From the NCBI GenBank assembly GCA_027624955.1, contig JAQBTG010000002.1, positions 24,694-88,693 of the forward strand: a DNA stretch of 64,000 nt, given 5' to 3'. The notes under the pieces are model-generated. The model searched no databases. It was not told the origin of the DNA and worked only from the letters and a program-made list of their open reading frames with translations. Shown here in pieces: positions 18,169-27,616 of the stretch; positions within the stretch are counted from its first letter, which is position 1, and each line of letters starts with the position of its first letter. This DNA comes from Pseudomonadota bacterium. Its GTDB lineage: Bacteria > Pseudomonadota > Alphaproteobacteria > UBA828. The position numbers and the translations under genes were made by a program.

Positions 18169-19968
18169 ATGGCTGGCAACCCCCAGATTGAGAGTGAGGG
18201 CTATACCCTAGAGCCGATGATGCTCGCCGTGCTATCGCGGCGCTTCGAGGCGATCTGCCGCGAGATGACCAACGGCATTTTGAAGGCCAGCCGTTCTGCC
18301 GTGATCAAAAACGCGCGCGATTTCTCGGTCGGCATCCTGACCCACGATCATCGATTGATCAGCGTTGAGGACGGCCTGCCGATCCACATCACCGCCCTCG
18401 ACCTCACCACGCGCGCGATCGATCGCCTGTTCGACGATATTGGAGAGGGTGACGCTTTTCTTAACAACTGCCCCTATTACGGCGCGACGCATCACGCCGA
18501 TCTCGATGTCATCGTGCCGGTGTATTTCGAGGGGCGTATCATGTTCTGGGCGCTCGTGCGTTGCCATCATGCCGACATGGGCGCGCCGCTGCCGACGACC
18601 TATTTGCCGCATGCTGCGACGATTTATGAGGAAGGTCTGCATTTCCCCGGCGTGCGCGTGGAGGAGGGCTACAAATCCAAGGCCGATATCCTGCGTATCG
18701 GATTGACTAAGATTCGCGCGAGCAAGATCTGGCTGGGCGATTATCGGGCGCAGCTTGGCGCCTGCCGCATCGGCGAGCAGCGCTTGAAGGAGCTGGTCGA
18801 GCGCCACGGTAGTACGATGATCGAGGACTTTATCGAAGACTGGATAACCTATGGCGAGCGCCGCACCAAAGCCGCCATCGCCAGTTTGCCGGCGGGCACC
18901 TGGTCATACGCGACAAAGCATGATCCGGTGCCGGGTGTGGCGGAAGACGGCATTCCGGTGCGCGTCACGGTTACGGTCGACCCTGAAGCCGGCGAGGTCA
19001 CGGTCGATGCCCGCGACAATATCGATTGTGTGCCGGGCGGGCTCAACCTGTCCGAGGCAACGGCCACCGCGTCCTGCCGCATCGGCGTGTTCGTCAATCT
19101 CGACCCTTCGATCCCGCACAACGAAGGCAGCGCCCGCTGTATCAACGTGCTATTGCGCGACGGCTGCGTCGTCGGCCGCCCGGCCTATCCCGTCGGCACC
19201 TCGGTCGCGACGACCAACGTCAACGACCGCTTGATCAACGCGGTGGCGTGCTGCTTCGCTCAGATGGGCAGCCCGCACGGCATTGCCGAAGGCGGCGGCA
19301 TGATGGCGAGCGGGCTGGCGGTGATTTCCGGCGACGATCCGTTGCGCGGCGGGCGCGCCTATGTGAACCAGCTTTTCGTTGGCTATTCGGGCGGGCCCGG
19401 CATCCACGGCCATGACGGCTGGCTCACCTATAACGACGCCGACACCTGCGGCATGCTGATGCTTGATTCGGTCGAGGTCGACGAAGGCATGTATCCGATT
19501 TTGATCGAGGAGCGCGGGGTGGCGCCCGACACCATGGGGCATGGCCGCTGGGACGGGGCGCCGGCGATGACCGGTATCTACGGGCCGCTCGCCGCTGAAA
19601 TGACAGCGATCTATTGCAGCGACGGCGATGTGGCGGCGGCACGCGGCGTGCTCGGCGGTCATGACGGCGCGCCTTCGTGCAACTGGAAGCGCGACGGTGC
19701 GGGCGGCTGGACAGAGATGCCGAGCTTCCATACCGAAATCTGCCAGCCGGGCGAGGCGCTGCGTTTCCTGGCAGGTGGCGGTGGCGGTTACGGCAACCCA
19801 AAGGAGCGCGCGCCCGAACGCGTGGTCGAGACGGTCAATCGCGGCTGGCTCTCAGCCGAGCGCGCCGAGGCGACCTACGCGGTCAAGCTCCGAATATCTG
19901 AGGACGGCCTCGATTACGTACTCGATGACACCGCGACGGCTCAACTGCGCACCAGCAACGGCGACTGA
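18169..19968 (+). CDS. Hydantoinase B / oxoprolinase family protein (second HyuB-like paralogue).
   Basis: A 599-aa ORF that is clearly paralogous to the 1114-2961 product, with the same block order (e.g. ICREMTN, GDAFLNN.PY). Its start lies 9 bp after the BKACE stop. Confidence 0.85.
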   Translation: MAGNPQIESEGYTLEPMMLAVLSRRFEAICREMTNGILKASRSAVIKNARDFSVGILTHDHRLISVEDGLPIHITALDLTTRAIDRLFDDIGEGDAFLNNCPYYGATHHADLDVIVPVYFEGRIMFWALVRCHHADMGAPLPTTYLPHAATIYEEGLHFPGVRVEEGYKSKADILRIGLTKIRASKIWLGDYRAQLGACRIGEQRLKELVERHGSTMIEDFIEDWITYGERRTKAAIASLPAGTWSYATKHDPVPGVAEDGIPVRVTVTVDPEAGEVTVDARDNIDCVPGGLNLSEATATASCRIGVFVNLDPSIPHNEGSARCINVLLRDGCVVGRPAYPVGTSVATTNVNDRLINAVACCFAQMGSPHGIAEGGGMMASGLAVISGDDPLRGGRAYVNQLFVGYSGGPGIHGHDGWLTYNDADTCGMLMLDSVEVDEGMYPILIEERGVAPDTMGHGRWDGAPAMTGIYGPLAAEMTAIYCSDGDVAAARGVLGGHDGAPSCNWKRDGAGGWTEMPSFHTEICQPGEALRFLAGGGGGYGNPKERAPERVVETVNRGWLSAERAEATYAVKLRISEDGLDYVLDDTATAQLRTSNGD

Positions 19969-19972
19969 GCGC

Positions 19973-22030
19973 GTGCGCTTCAATGTTTGCATCGATATCG
20001 GCGGCACGTTCACGGATTGCGTGGTGGCGGACGATGCCGGCACGGTTGAAATATTCAAGTCACCCACCACGCCGGGCCAATTCGAGCTAGGCTTCATGGA
20101 TGCGCTCGCGCTTGCGGCGGCTCATCATGGGCTGGAGCTGCCGGCATTTCTCGCGACCTGCGAGCGGATTGTGCATGGCACCACCGTTTCGACCAATGCC
20201 TTGGTCGAAGGCAAGACGGTGCCCACTGGCTTTCTGTGTAACAAGGGCCATCCAGATATTTTGACTTTTCGCGAGGCGCCTCGGAAACGCTGTTTCGATT
20301 TTCGCCTCGACTATCCCAAGCCCTATGTGCCGCGCCAGATGACAGCCGAAATTGGCGGGCGCATTGATGCCCAGGGGCGCGAGCATGTGCCGCTGGTGGA
20401 AAACGACGTGCGCGCGGCCGTCGATATGCTGCAACGGCGGAGCGTGCAGGCGATTGCCGTTTGCTTTTTGTGGTCGACCGTGAACCCGGCGCATGAGCTT
20501 CGGGCGCGCGCCATCGTTCACGAGATGTGGCCCGAGGTATCGGTCACGTTGAGCCACGAGCTCAACCCGATTCCGCGTGAGTACCGGCGCGCCATCTCGA
20601 CGGCGATTGACGCGTCGCTCCACCCGATCGTCAGCGCCTATACGAAAGCGCTCGCCGGTGCGCTCGAGGCCAACGGCTTCGATACCGATCATTTCCTTGT
20701 CGCAACCTGCACCGGCGGCATGATGCCGCCCGACGCGATCGTGGCGAAGCCGATTTTCAGCGTCATGTCGGGGCCGACGTTGGCACCGGTCGCGGCGCAA
20801 CATCTGACGAACGCGCCGGATGTCGTGGTTGTCGACATGGGCGGTACGACGTTCGATGTCGCAGCGATCCGCGATCGCCGGCTGATCGTCAATGACGAGG
20901 CCATGATCGGCGATGACATGCTGGGCATTCCCAAGGTGGACGTGCGCTCGGTGGGCGCCGGCGGCGGCAGCATCGCCTGGGTCGATGTTGGCGGTATGAT
21001 CCAGGTCGGGCCGCAAAGCGCCAGCGCCCAGCCAGGTCCGGCATGTTATGGCCTGGGCGGCACAGAGCCGACGGTGACGGATGCCAATGTCGTCCTCGGG
21101 CTGATTGATCCCGATGATTTTCTCGGCGGGCGCATGCACCTCGATGCCGCAGCCGCAGAGAAGGCGGTGGGCACGCTCGGCCAAATGCTCGGCCTCGGCC
21201 TGATCGAAACAGCTCTGACGATCCACACCACCAGCAATCACAACATGATCGCGGCGATCGAAGACATCACCGTGATGGAAGGCATCAACCCGCGCGAGAG
21301 CTTCCTCGTCGCCGGGGGTGGCGCAATCGGTTGCCATATCGGTGGCATCGCGCGCGAGCTCGGAATTAGGCGTTTCATGTTGCCACGGTTTGCTGCTGGC
21401 CTCAGTGCGTTCGGTGGCCTGATCTCGACCATCAAGTGGGAGCAAGCGACGACAGTTTTCTCAATCGCAGAGGATTTTGCGCTTGCCGCCGTCAATGAGG
21501 CGCTCGTCAGTATGCGCCGCAAAGGTGCCGCATTTCTTGAGCGCGCCGGACTCGAACCCGAAACACATCATTTTGAATGCGTTTTCTTTGGTCGATACGA
21601 GTTCCAGTCCTGGGAGATTGAAGTGCCGTTCGATGCTGCCGGTGGTCAACTTGTCGAAGCAGATATCGCCAAGCTGACGGCAGACTTCCATCGTCTGCAT
21701 GAGCGCATCTATGGCGTGAAGGATGAAGAGGACAGCGTCGAATTCGTGAGCTGGAAAGTGCGGGCGTTTGGCGAGGTTGCCAGGCTAAAAGGCGATAGCG
21801 ACCGGGTTGAACAAACCTATATGCCTGCATCAGAAGGCCAGCGCACGATCTTCCTCAGCGACCCCGAAACGCCGCTGGCTGCCCAGTTCTACCGTACAAA
21901 AAACATATCATCGGGTGCGGTTATCGACGGGCCGGCGGTGATTGCCGATGACACAACAACGATTGTCATCCATCCGGGATCAGTCGCGACCGCCGACGAA
22001 AACGGCAATCTTGTTGTCGTACAGGCATAA
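19973..22030 (+). CDS. Hydantoinase A / oxoprolinase family protein (second HyuA-like paralogue). A GTG start lies 5 bp after the hyuB stop.
   Basis: The translation (M/V)RFNVCIDIGGTFTDCVVAD... carries the HyuA N-terminal motif. About 110 codons at the 5' end of the track ORF (19628-) overlap hyuB in an Arg-rich wrong-context frame, so the GTG at 19973 is the plausible start. Confidence 0.8.
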   Translation: MRFNVCIDIGGTFTDCVVADDAGTVEIFKSPTTPGQFELGFMDALALAAAHHGLELPAFLATCERIVHGTTVSTNALVEGKTVPTGFLCNKGHPDILTFREAPRKRCFDFRLDYPKPYVPRQMTAEIGGRIDAQGREHVPLVENDVRAAVDMLQRRSVQAIAVCFLWSTVNPAHELRARAIVHEMWPEVSVTLSHELNPIPREYRRAISTAIDASLHPIVSAYTKALAGALEANGFDTDHFLVATCTGGMMPPDAIVAKPIFSVMSGPTLAPVAAQHLTNAPDVVVVDMGGTTFDVAAIRDRRLIVNDEAMIGDDMLGIPKVDVRSVGAGGGSIAWVDVGGMIQVGPQSASAQPGPACYGLGGTEPTVTDANVVLGLIDPDDFLGGRMHLDAAAAEKAVGTLGQMLGLGLIETALTIHTTSNHNMIAAIEDITVMEGINPRESFLVAGGGAIGCHIGGIARELGIRRFMLPRFAAGLSAFGGLISTIKWEQATTVFSIAEDFALAAVNEALVSMRRKGAAFLERAGLEPETHHFECVFFGRYEFQSWEIEVPFDAAGGQLVEADIAKLTADFHRLHERIYGVKDEEDSVEFVSWKVRAFGEVARLKGDSDRVEQTYMPASEGQRTIFLSDPETPLAAQFYRTKNISSGAVIDGPAVIADDTTTIVIHPGSVATADENGNLVVVQA

Positions 22031-22147
22031 ATCCAGCCCTGCGACCTTCGCGGTGACAGGCGAATTTGATATCCGCTGTCAGACTTGAGCCGACCGAAGA
22101 ATCAAGTCTCGTTGGTTGCTTGGCCGCACACGCAACAGGAGCAAATA

Positions 22148-23173
22148 ATGCGTATCTATGTAATCGGCGCGGGGGCCATGGGCTCCTTGTATGGCGGGTT
22201 GTTGGCGCGAAGCGGGTGTGAGGTAATTTTTGTCGATCGCTGGCGGGAGCACATGGATGCGGTCGCGGCGGACGGGCTCCGGCTGAGCGGTATCACCGGC
22301 GATTTCACCGTGCCGGTGCGGGCGATTTACGCTTCTGAAGAAGCGGGCATGCTGGCCGACGGCGGTGACGGCGATATCGCCATTATCTTGACGGATGCCA
22401 ATTCCACCGCGTTTGCCGCCAGCCTGGCGAAGCGGCTGCTCAAGCCGGGCGGTTACGCGCTGACGCTGCAAAACGGGATTGGCAATATCGAGGCGCTGGA
22501 GGCCGAACTCGGCCGCCCACGTGTGATTGGCGGGCTGAGCTATCATAGCGCCGCCATGGTCGAACCCGGCCACGCCATCCATACTCATAAGGGACCGACC
22601 TGGATTGGCGAGCTCGACGGCACGCCAAGCGCACGGGTAAGCGCGCTGGCGACGATGCTCAGCGACGCCGGCTTTAAGCCGCAGATTGTCGCGGATATCC
22701 TCGGCCAGATCTGGACGAAATTTATCCATAATTGCGCGATTAATCCGGTCTCGGCGCTGACCGGCCTCCGGGTTGGCGAGATATCGCGGGTGGCGGAGGC
22801 CGATGCGCTGCAAAGCGCGATTATTGAAGAGGCGCTCGCGGTGGTCGCGGCCAAGGGCATTGCTCTCGTCGACAGCGACCCGATGGCGAGCATCAAGAAA
22901 TTCTGCCTCGCCAAGTTCAACAAGCCCTCCATGTTGCAGCATATGGAGCAGGGCCGGCGCACCGAGATCGACGCGCTCAACGGCGCGCTGGTGCGTGAGG
23001 GCCGCGCCCTCGGCATTGCCACGCCGTATAACGAGGCCGTGACCTGGATGGTGGCGGCGATGCAGCACCAGAACATGCAGGTGATGCACGGCGCGCCGAT
23101 CGACTATGAGGCGCTCGAGGCCGAGATTAAGGGTGGCGCGGCGGCAGACCGCTCAGAAGACGAGGAAACCTAG
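22148..23173 (+). CDS. 2-dehydropantoate 2-reductase family (PanE/ApbA-like) NAD(P)H-dependent ketoreductase.
   Basis: MRIYVIGAGAMGSLYGGLLARSG (Rossmann) with an AGGAG RBS. Length is about 341 aa. The C-terminal ketopantoate-reductase domain includes LQHMEQGRRTEIDALNG. Confidence 0.8.
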   Translation: MRIYVIGAGAMGSLYGGLLARSGCEVIFVDRWREHMDAVAADGLRLSGITGDFTVPVRAIYASEEAGMLADGGDGDIAIILTDANSTAFAASLAKRLLKPGGYALTLQNGIGNIEALEAELGRPRVIGGLSYHSAAMVEPGHAIHTHKGPTWIGELDGTPSARVSALATMLSDAGFKPQIVADILGQIWTKFIHNCAINPVSALTGLRVGEISRVAEADALQSAIIEEALAVVAAKGIALVDSDPMASIKKFCLAKFNKPSMLQHMEQGRRTEIDALNGALVREGRALGIATPYNEAVTWMVAAMQHQNMQVMHGAPIDYEALEAEIKGGAAADRSEDEET

Positions 23174-23222
23174 GCATCGCCGCTGTGCTAGTCTGGTCAC
23201 GCTGGGATCAAGGAGCAAGCAG

Positions 23223-23570
23223 TTGGTAATCGTTATTTTCGAGTACGTCATCAAGGAAGGGCAGGCCGAGCGCTATTTAGAGACGGCGGCAAAGCTCATG
23301 CCGCTGGTTGAAACATTCGACGGTTTCCTTGGCGTGGAGCGCTACCAGAGCCGCACCGAAGCCAATAAACATCTCTCGCTTGTCTTCTGGCGCGACGAAG
23401 CCGCGATCGAGCCCTGGCGCAATCATCCGAATCATCGGGCTGCTCAAGATCTTGGGAAATCCGAGATATTCGAGGATTTCCGTATCACCGTGGTTGATAC
23501 CTTACGGTCCTATACGATGGGCGACCGAGGCGGCGCCCATACCGAAGATGCGATGCAAGCATTGGCCTGA
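23223..23570 (+). CDS. Antibiotic-biosynthesis-monooxygenase (ABM) domain protein, about 115 aa, with a probable TTG start.
   Basis: LVIVIFEYVIKEGQAERYLE...FDGFLGVERYQS...LSLVFWRDEAAIEPWRNHPNHRAAQ fits the ABM ferredoxin-like fold. An AAGGAG RBS sits 7 nt before the TTG at 23223. The upstream part of the track ORF (from 23106) is Arg-rich junk. Confidence 0.6.
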   Translation: MVIVIFEYVIKEGQAERYLETAAKLMPLVETFDGFLGVERYQSRTEANKHLSLVFWRDEAAIEPWRNHPNHRAAQDLGKSEIFEDFRITVVDTLRSYTMGDRGGAHTEDAMQALA

Positions 23571-23615
23571 CCTGCACTTGCCGCGCTCCCTAAATATCAC
23601 CAGGTTTCGGCTGCG

Positions 23616-23897
23616 CTAGCTGGCCTTTTGGCCGCCCGAAATCTCTGCAGGCGCCTGGTCGCGCAATAACGCTGCATCCAGCTCATTCGGGTCGATATTC
23701 AATATTTGCGTATGGCCCGGCTTTAGGCGGAGGTGAATCTGCGTCGATATCCGGTGGTAGGCGGCAAACGAAATGCTGTCCAGAAGCTCTTCTTCCGTTT
23801 CTACACGATAGGTGCCTGCCGGCAGCAGCTCATCGAATCCACTCAGGGCGAATGCCCGTTGGAAGGTCACTGTCTTGGTGCTGGTGCGTGTTGTCAT
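23616..23897 (-). CDS. Hypothetical protein of about 93 aa. The start is probably the Met giving MTTRTSTKTVTF.
   Basis: This is an ORF with a coherent acidic C-terminal half and no recognisable domain. The upstream in-frame extension to 24023 is encoded by an 11-bp x3 repeat and is probably leader, not coding. Confidence 0.4.
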   Translation of the reverse strand: MTTRTSTKTVTFQRAFALSGFDELLPAGTYRVETEEELLDSISFAAYHRISTQIHLRLKPGHTQILNIDPNELDAALLRDQAPAEISGGQKAS

Positions 23898-24044
23898 GGG
23901 TGGCCTCGTGGTGGCCTCGTGTGGCCTCGTGGCTGACGGCTTTATCGTCCCGTGGAGGCTGACGGCGGCGACGAGACGAGGTGCAGAGAATTGATCAGAC
24001 CATCGGGAATGTTTCGCGCGCACGTCTCAATCGGGCTCGCTGTA

Positions 24045-24353
24045 TTATTCAGCGGCATCCCGCTTTTCTTGTTCGGCCAATTTCTTGGCCCGTTTGGCTT
24101 GCTTTTCGTAGTAAATTGCATCGTCGCGGTCCGTCGCATCGGCGCGATCCTGGGCGGCGCGGGCCTTCTTGTCATAGTACCCGGCGCCCTCTCGTTCTTG
24201 CTCTTGCAGAAGTGCGGGCGCCGATTCAACGATGTCCGCCTTGTCGTCGTCGTTGGCGGATAGCGGGCTGGCCTGAATCAACAAAGCAGCTAAAGCCGTG
24301 GCGATAGCTGCCCCGCCGCGATATCGCCAGGGAGATTTGAAAAATATGTGCAT
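24045..24353 (-). CDS. Small secreted hypothetical protein (102 aa) with a signal peptide followed by a charged, Lys/Asp/Ala-rich region.
   Basis: The N-terminus MHIFFKSPWRYRGGAAIATALAALLIQASPLSA has the look of a signal peptide, and no domain is recognised. It sits immediately downstream of an AT-rich island. Confidence 0.45.
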   Translation of the reverse strand: MHIFFKSPWRYRGGAAIATALAALLIQASPLSANDDDKADIVESAPALLQEQEREGAGYYDKKARAAQDRADATDRDDAIYYEKQAKRAKKLAEQEKRDAAE

Positions 24354-24950
24354 GAATATATCCCAACCTGCATCTGGCTGGCAGGCGTCGTCGCGTGTGA
24401 TAGACCGAGCGTTGTCTGCTTCGAATGTTACGGCTTCGTAGAGGAGACGGCTACGCTCGATATTTTGTTCGGCACTGCAGCGGGCTGCTCGGCTGCCGGC
24501 GCGTCCTCGGGCCTAAATTTGGACGGCGCATCTTTTGCAGAGGAAATATCCTTGAATGACATGTAATGTTCCTTTTACTTATGGTGGCAATGAAATTGCA
24601 CCAATAAGTACATGGTTGTTTCATATGTATATTGCAACAAATTCTGATAATATTTTTGAATTATTTGATCAACGCAAAAAATGCGAAGAATTTATTTCAT
24701 TATTTAATATAACATTATTTATTCGGAAAATCTTTTATTTATGGGGTGACCCGGGAATTCGCGCGAGCCGACGCGCCGCCGCAAGCCTGCAAGTAGGCGA
24801 GGAATCGTCGTGCGGCCTGTTAAGTGTGCGGTCCGTTAAGAAGCCCGCACGGTGGATCCAGTCAGGTCGCGCCTTTGGTCTGGGCCGGCGAAGTCTATTG
24901 AGGGTCAAAACCGGCCCGGCGGAACGCGATGGCGCCGGGCGAGCCGGAAG

Positions 24951-25415
24951 TTACAGGCCTAAATCCGAAAGCCCGAGGTGCGCGTCGGGGCGGCGCCCCA
25001 ACGGCCAGGTGAACTTGCGGTCCGCCGCGGCGATGGGATGTTCGTTGATGCTGGCGATGCGGCGCCGCATGAGACCGTCCGCATCGAATTCCCAGTTTTC
25101 GTTGCCATAGGCGCGAAACCAATTGGCTGTATCGTCATGATACTCATAGGCAAAACGGACGGCGATGCGATTGTCGGCAAAGGCCCATAATTCCTTTATC
25201 AGACGATAGTCGAGCTCTTTTGCCCATTTGCGCGTGAGGAAAGCTTCGACCTCGGCACGTCCGGTAAGGAATTCAGCGCGGTTTCGCCACTGACTTTCCG
25301 CTGTGTAGGCGAGCGCAACCTTGGCCGGGTCGCGGCTGTTCCACCCATCCTCCGCCATGCGCACCTTTTGCTTGGCGGTCTCTTCCGTGAATGGCGGCAA
25401 TGGGGGTCGCGGCAT
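24951..25415 (-). CDS. DUF1348 family protein (NTF2/SnoaL-like fold).
   Basis: [30 protein letters not shown]...[24 protein letters not shown]...NENWEFD matches the conserved DUF1348 pattern as recalled. It is the last gene of a minus-strand operon. Confidence 0.7.
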   Translation of the reverse strand: MPRPPLPPFTEETAKQKVRMAEDGWNSRDPAKVALAYTAESQWRNRAEFLTGRAEVEAFLTRKWAKELDYRLIKELWAFADNRIAVRFAYEYHDDTANWFRAYGNENWEFDADGLMRRRIASINEHPIAAADRKFTWPLGRRPDAHLGLSDLGL

Positions 25416-25445
25416 GTCCGGCTCCTATGGATTGCGGCATCCTTG

Positions 25446-27098
25446 TCACCCAGCCGGTCCAAAAGACTCGGTGTGAATGCGTTCGGAAGGAATGCCCTGC
25501 TTCTCAAGTGTGTTCTGAATATTAGCCATAAACGCCGTCGGACCACAGAGCAGATAGTGCGCCTCGGGTAGTGCCGAAAGGGAGGCAATCAAATCACCGT
25601 CGATCCGTCCTTCGGAATCGTAGTCGATACCGAGTTTGTCCTCGGCGAGCGGTTTGCTGTAGGCAATGTGCAGATTGATTCCCGGACGGCGAGCCGCGAG
25701 ATCGCGTATCTCGCTCGCCAAAGCGTGGTGGGCGCTGTCGTGGCTGCCGTGGATAAACCAAACCGGACGCGCTCCGTCTTCGCCCGCCAGAGCATGAAGC
25801 ATCGACGCCATTGGCGTAATACCCACGCCTGCGCTGACCAGCAACACGGGGCATTGGTCACATGGAAGGATGAGATCGCCGATAGGGTTGCGGGCGTCGA
25901 CAAAAGCGCCAACTTCAATCTTGTCATGCAGATGACGCGAGGCGATGCCCAGCGGGTGGCGCTTTACGGTTGTTCTGTAGCGTTCGGCGCTTGGTCGACC
26001 GGAGAGCGAATAGGTGCGGCCAACCGTGCCGTCAATGCCTGGTACGTTAAGTTCAATCGGCAGATATTGACCCGCTGCAAAAAGAGGCAGGGGACCGCCA
26101 TCGCGCGCCTCAAATACAAATGACGTAATGTCCGCGCTCTCCCGGGCCTTCTCGATGAGCCGCAGGGTGCGGACGGAATCGGCGGATGCTTGCCACCGTA
26201 AAGCTACAGCGGAGGGGAGTTCGACAACCTGTTCGATATCTAGGGAGACCAAGCGTCGCGCTCCGGGAATTGCAGCGACAGCGTCCGAATCCCAATCGAT
26301 CGTTGTCCGGCCAGTCAGTTGCAGCAGGCTCCCCGTCGTGAAGTCCACAAACAACAATCCTGCTCTGGCATCGAGCACGAGGTTGCCGATGGTGTTGAAG
26401 TGATTGTTGCCGGCGAAATCCGGGAACCGTATTTGCGTTTGGTTCATCACCTGTACGAAGCCGGGTTCGCCGCCGCGGTGCGAGGCATCCATGCCGTATG
26501 CCGGACTTTCTTCTTCGCCTGCGTGGCCGCTGGCGATAAAAAATGTATCGGCCGACGAGATCCAGGCGATCTGTGATGGTGTGAGACGAGTGCCGCGCGA
26601 TGGCACGCCGGCTGAATTATCGCTGGTCCGCCGCCATTGCCGCTCGCGAATATATTGCGGGCAATTTCCGAAAGCTTGGTCCACGGAAAACAGCAAATCT
26701 CCGGTAGCGTTCGTAGAGACCCGGCCATTGACGCGATTGCGCCGGCGGCTGTCGAGCTCAATTCCCAGTAGCCCAAGGTGGTGCCCTGATGACAGCGTAC
26801 CCTCCAAGGCGTCGCCATCAGCGAGCGTTGCGTCTATGACCAGTGACTTGGAATCCGGTGACGTGATGAAGTTCTCTGGCCCTGTGAGCAAAGTTGCCCA
26901 AGGGCGTCCCCGGTCGTCGCGTGCTGCGGCGACCAAAAAGGGCAGGGCTGTGTGGAAGTCGAGGTGATCCTTCGCCAAGAACGGGCGCACGACTTTCCGC
27001 GCCCAATCTTCGATATCTTGAACACCCATCCTTCTCTGAACATCATGCTCACCGGAATGGAAAGGCGAACCGCTTTCCGTCCAATCATCGGTCATCAT
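25446..27098 (-). CDS. Two-domain flavoprotein: a pyridoxamine-5'-phosphate-oxidase-like FMN-binding domain fused to a ferredoxin-NADP reductase-like FAD/NAD(P)-binding oxidoreductase domain.
   Basis: A 550-aa ORF. The C-terminal half carries RTYSLS (the FNR-type RxYS FAD motif) and LLVSAGVGITP (the NAD-binding GxGxxP motif). The N-terminal half is a PNPOx-like split-barrel. Its start overlaps the upstream VOC stop (ATGA). Confidence 0.7.
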   Translation of the reverse strand: MMTDDWTESGSPFHSGEHDVQRRMGVQDIEDWARKVVRPFLAKDHLDFHTALPFLVAAARDDRGRPWATLLTGPENFITSPDSKSLVIDATLADGDALEGTLSSGHHLGLLGIELDSRRRNRVNGRVSTNATGDLLFSVDQAFGNCPQYIRERQWRRTSDNSAGVPSRGTRLTPSQIAWISSADTFFIASGHAGEEESPAYGMDASHRGGEPGFVQVMNQTQIRFPDFAGNNHFNTIGNLVLDARAGLLFVDFTTGSLLQLTGRTTIDWDSDAVAAIPGARRLVSLDIEQVVELPSAVALRWQASADSVRTLRLIEKARESADITSFVFEARDGGPLPLFAAGQYLPIELNVPGIDGTVGRTYSLSGRPSAERYRTTVKRHPLGIASRHLHDKIEVGAFVDARNPIGDLILPCDQCPVLLVSAGVGITPMASMLHALAGEDGARPVWFIHGSHDSAHHALASEIRDLAARRPGINLHIAYSKPLAEDKLGIDYDSEGRIDGDLIASLSALPEAHYLLCGPTAFMANIQNTLEKQGIPSERIHTESFGPAG

Positions 27099-27406
27099 AT
27101 TTTCTCTGCTACTTCATTCAGGCGCTGATAGAGATCATCGAGTACCGCCGCGGTCGCAACCTTCAATGCAAGATGATGAAGCCCTATGACATTCTTGCGG
27201 TCGAACGGAGCGGCGGTTTGCGGATTTTCTGCCTGCCACAGGGTGATCATCGTTGTGCCGTCACTCAAAAATACGGCGGTATAATCCGCTACCTCGCCGA
27301 CTTGCATGAATCCCAACAAATCGCCGAAAAATGATTGAGCCTCGGATAAATTAGGTACCGTCAGCCCAACGTGATGCGTCCCTTGGGTCAATGCGGTGGT
27401 TGTCAT
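27095..27406 (-). CDS. VOC (glyoxalase/bleomycin-resistance/dioxygenase) family protein, 103 aa.
   Basis: HHVGLTVPNLSEAQSFFGDLLGF...VIGLHHLALKV is typical of the VOC beta-alpha-beta-beta-beta module. A GGGGGA RBS is present, and its stop overlaps the downstream start. Confidence 0.7.
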   Translation of the reverse strand: MTTTALTQGTHHVGLTVPNLSEAQSFFGDLLGFMQVGEVADYTAVFLSDGTTMITLWQAENPQTAAPFDRKNVIGLHHLALKVATAAVLDDLYQRLNEVAEKI

Positions 27407-27616
27407 AATTTTTATCCCCCGGATGTAGCGCTGGCCGGCGACACCGGATGTGTTCGCCTCCTTTCCGCTACTGGGATAAATATATTATGTCTGAAGGAGA
27501 AGATAATTGGCAGACTTGGCAATTGATTGTTGCGATTATTGAAATAATCAATTGGTCGGTTTCAGCCCATGCCTCTTCTCAGGCAAGTCCCGCCGGTACA
27601 CTGGGGCGTGCTCCAA

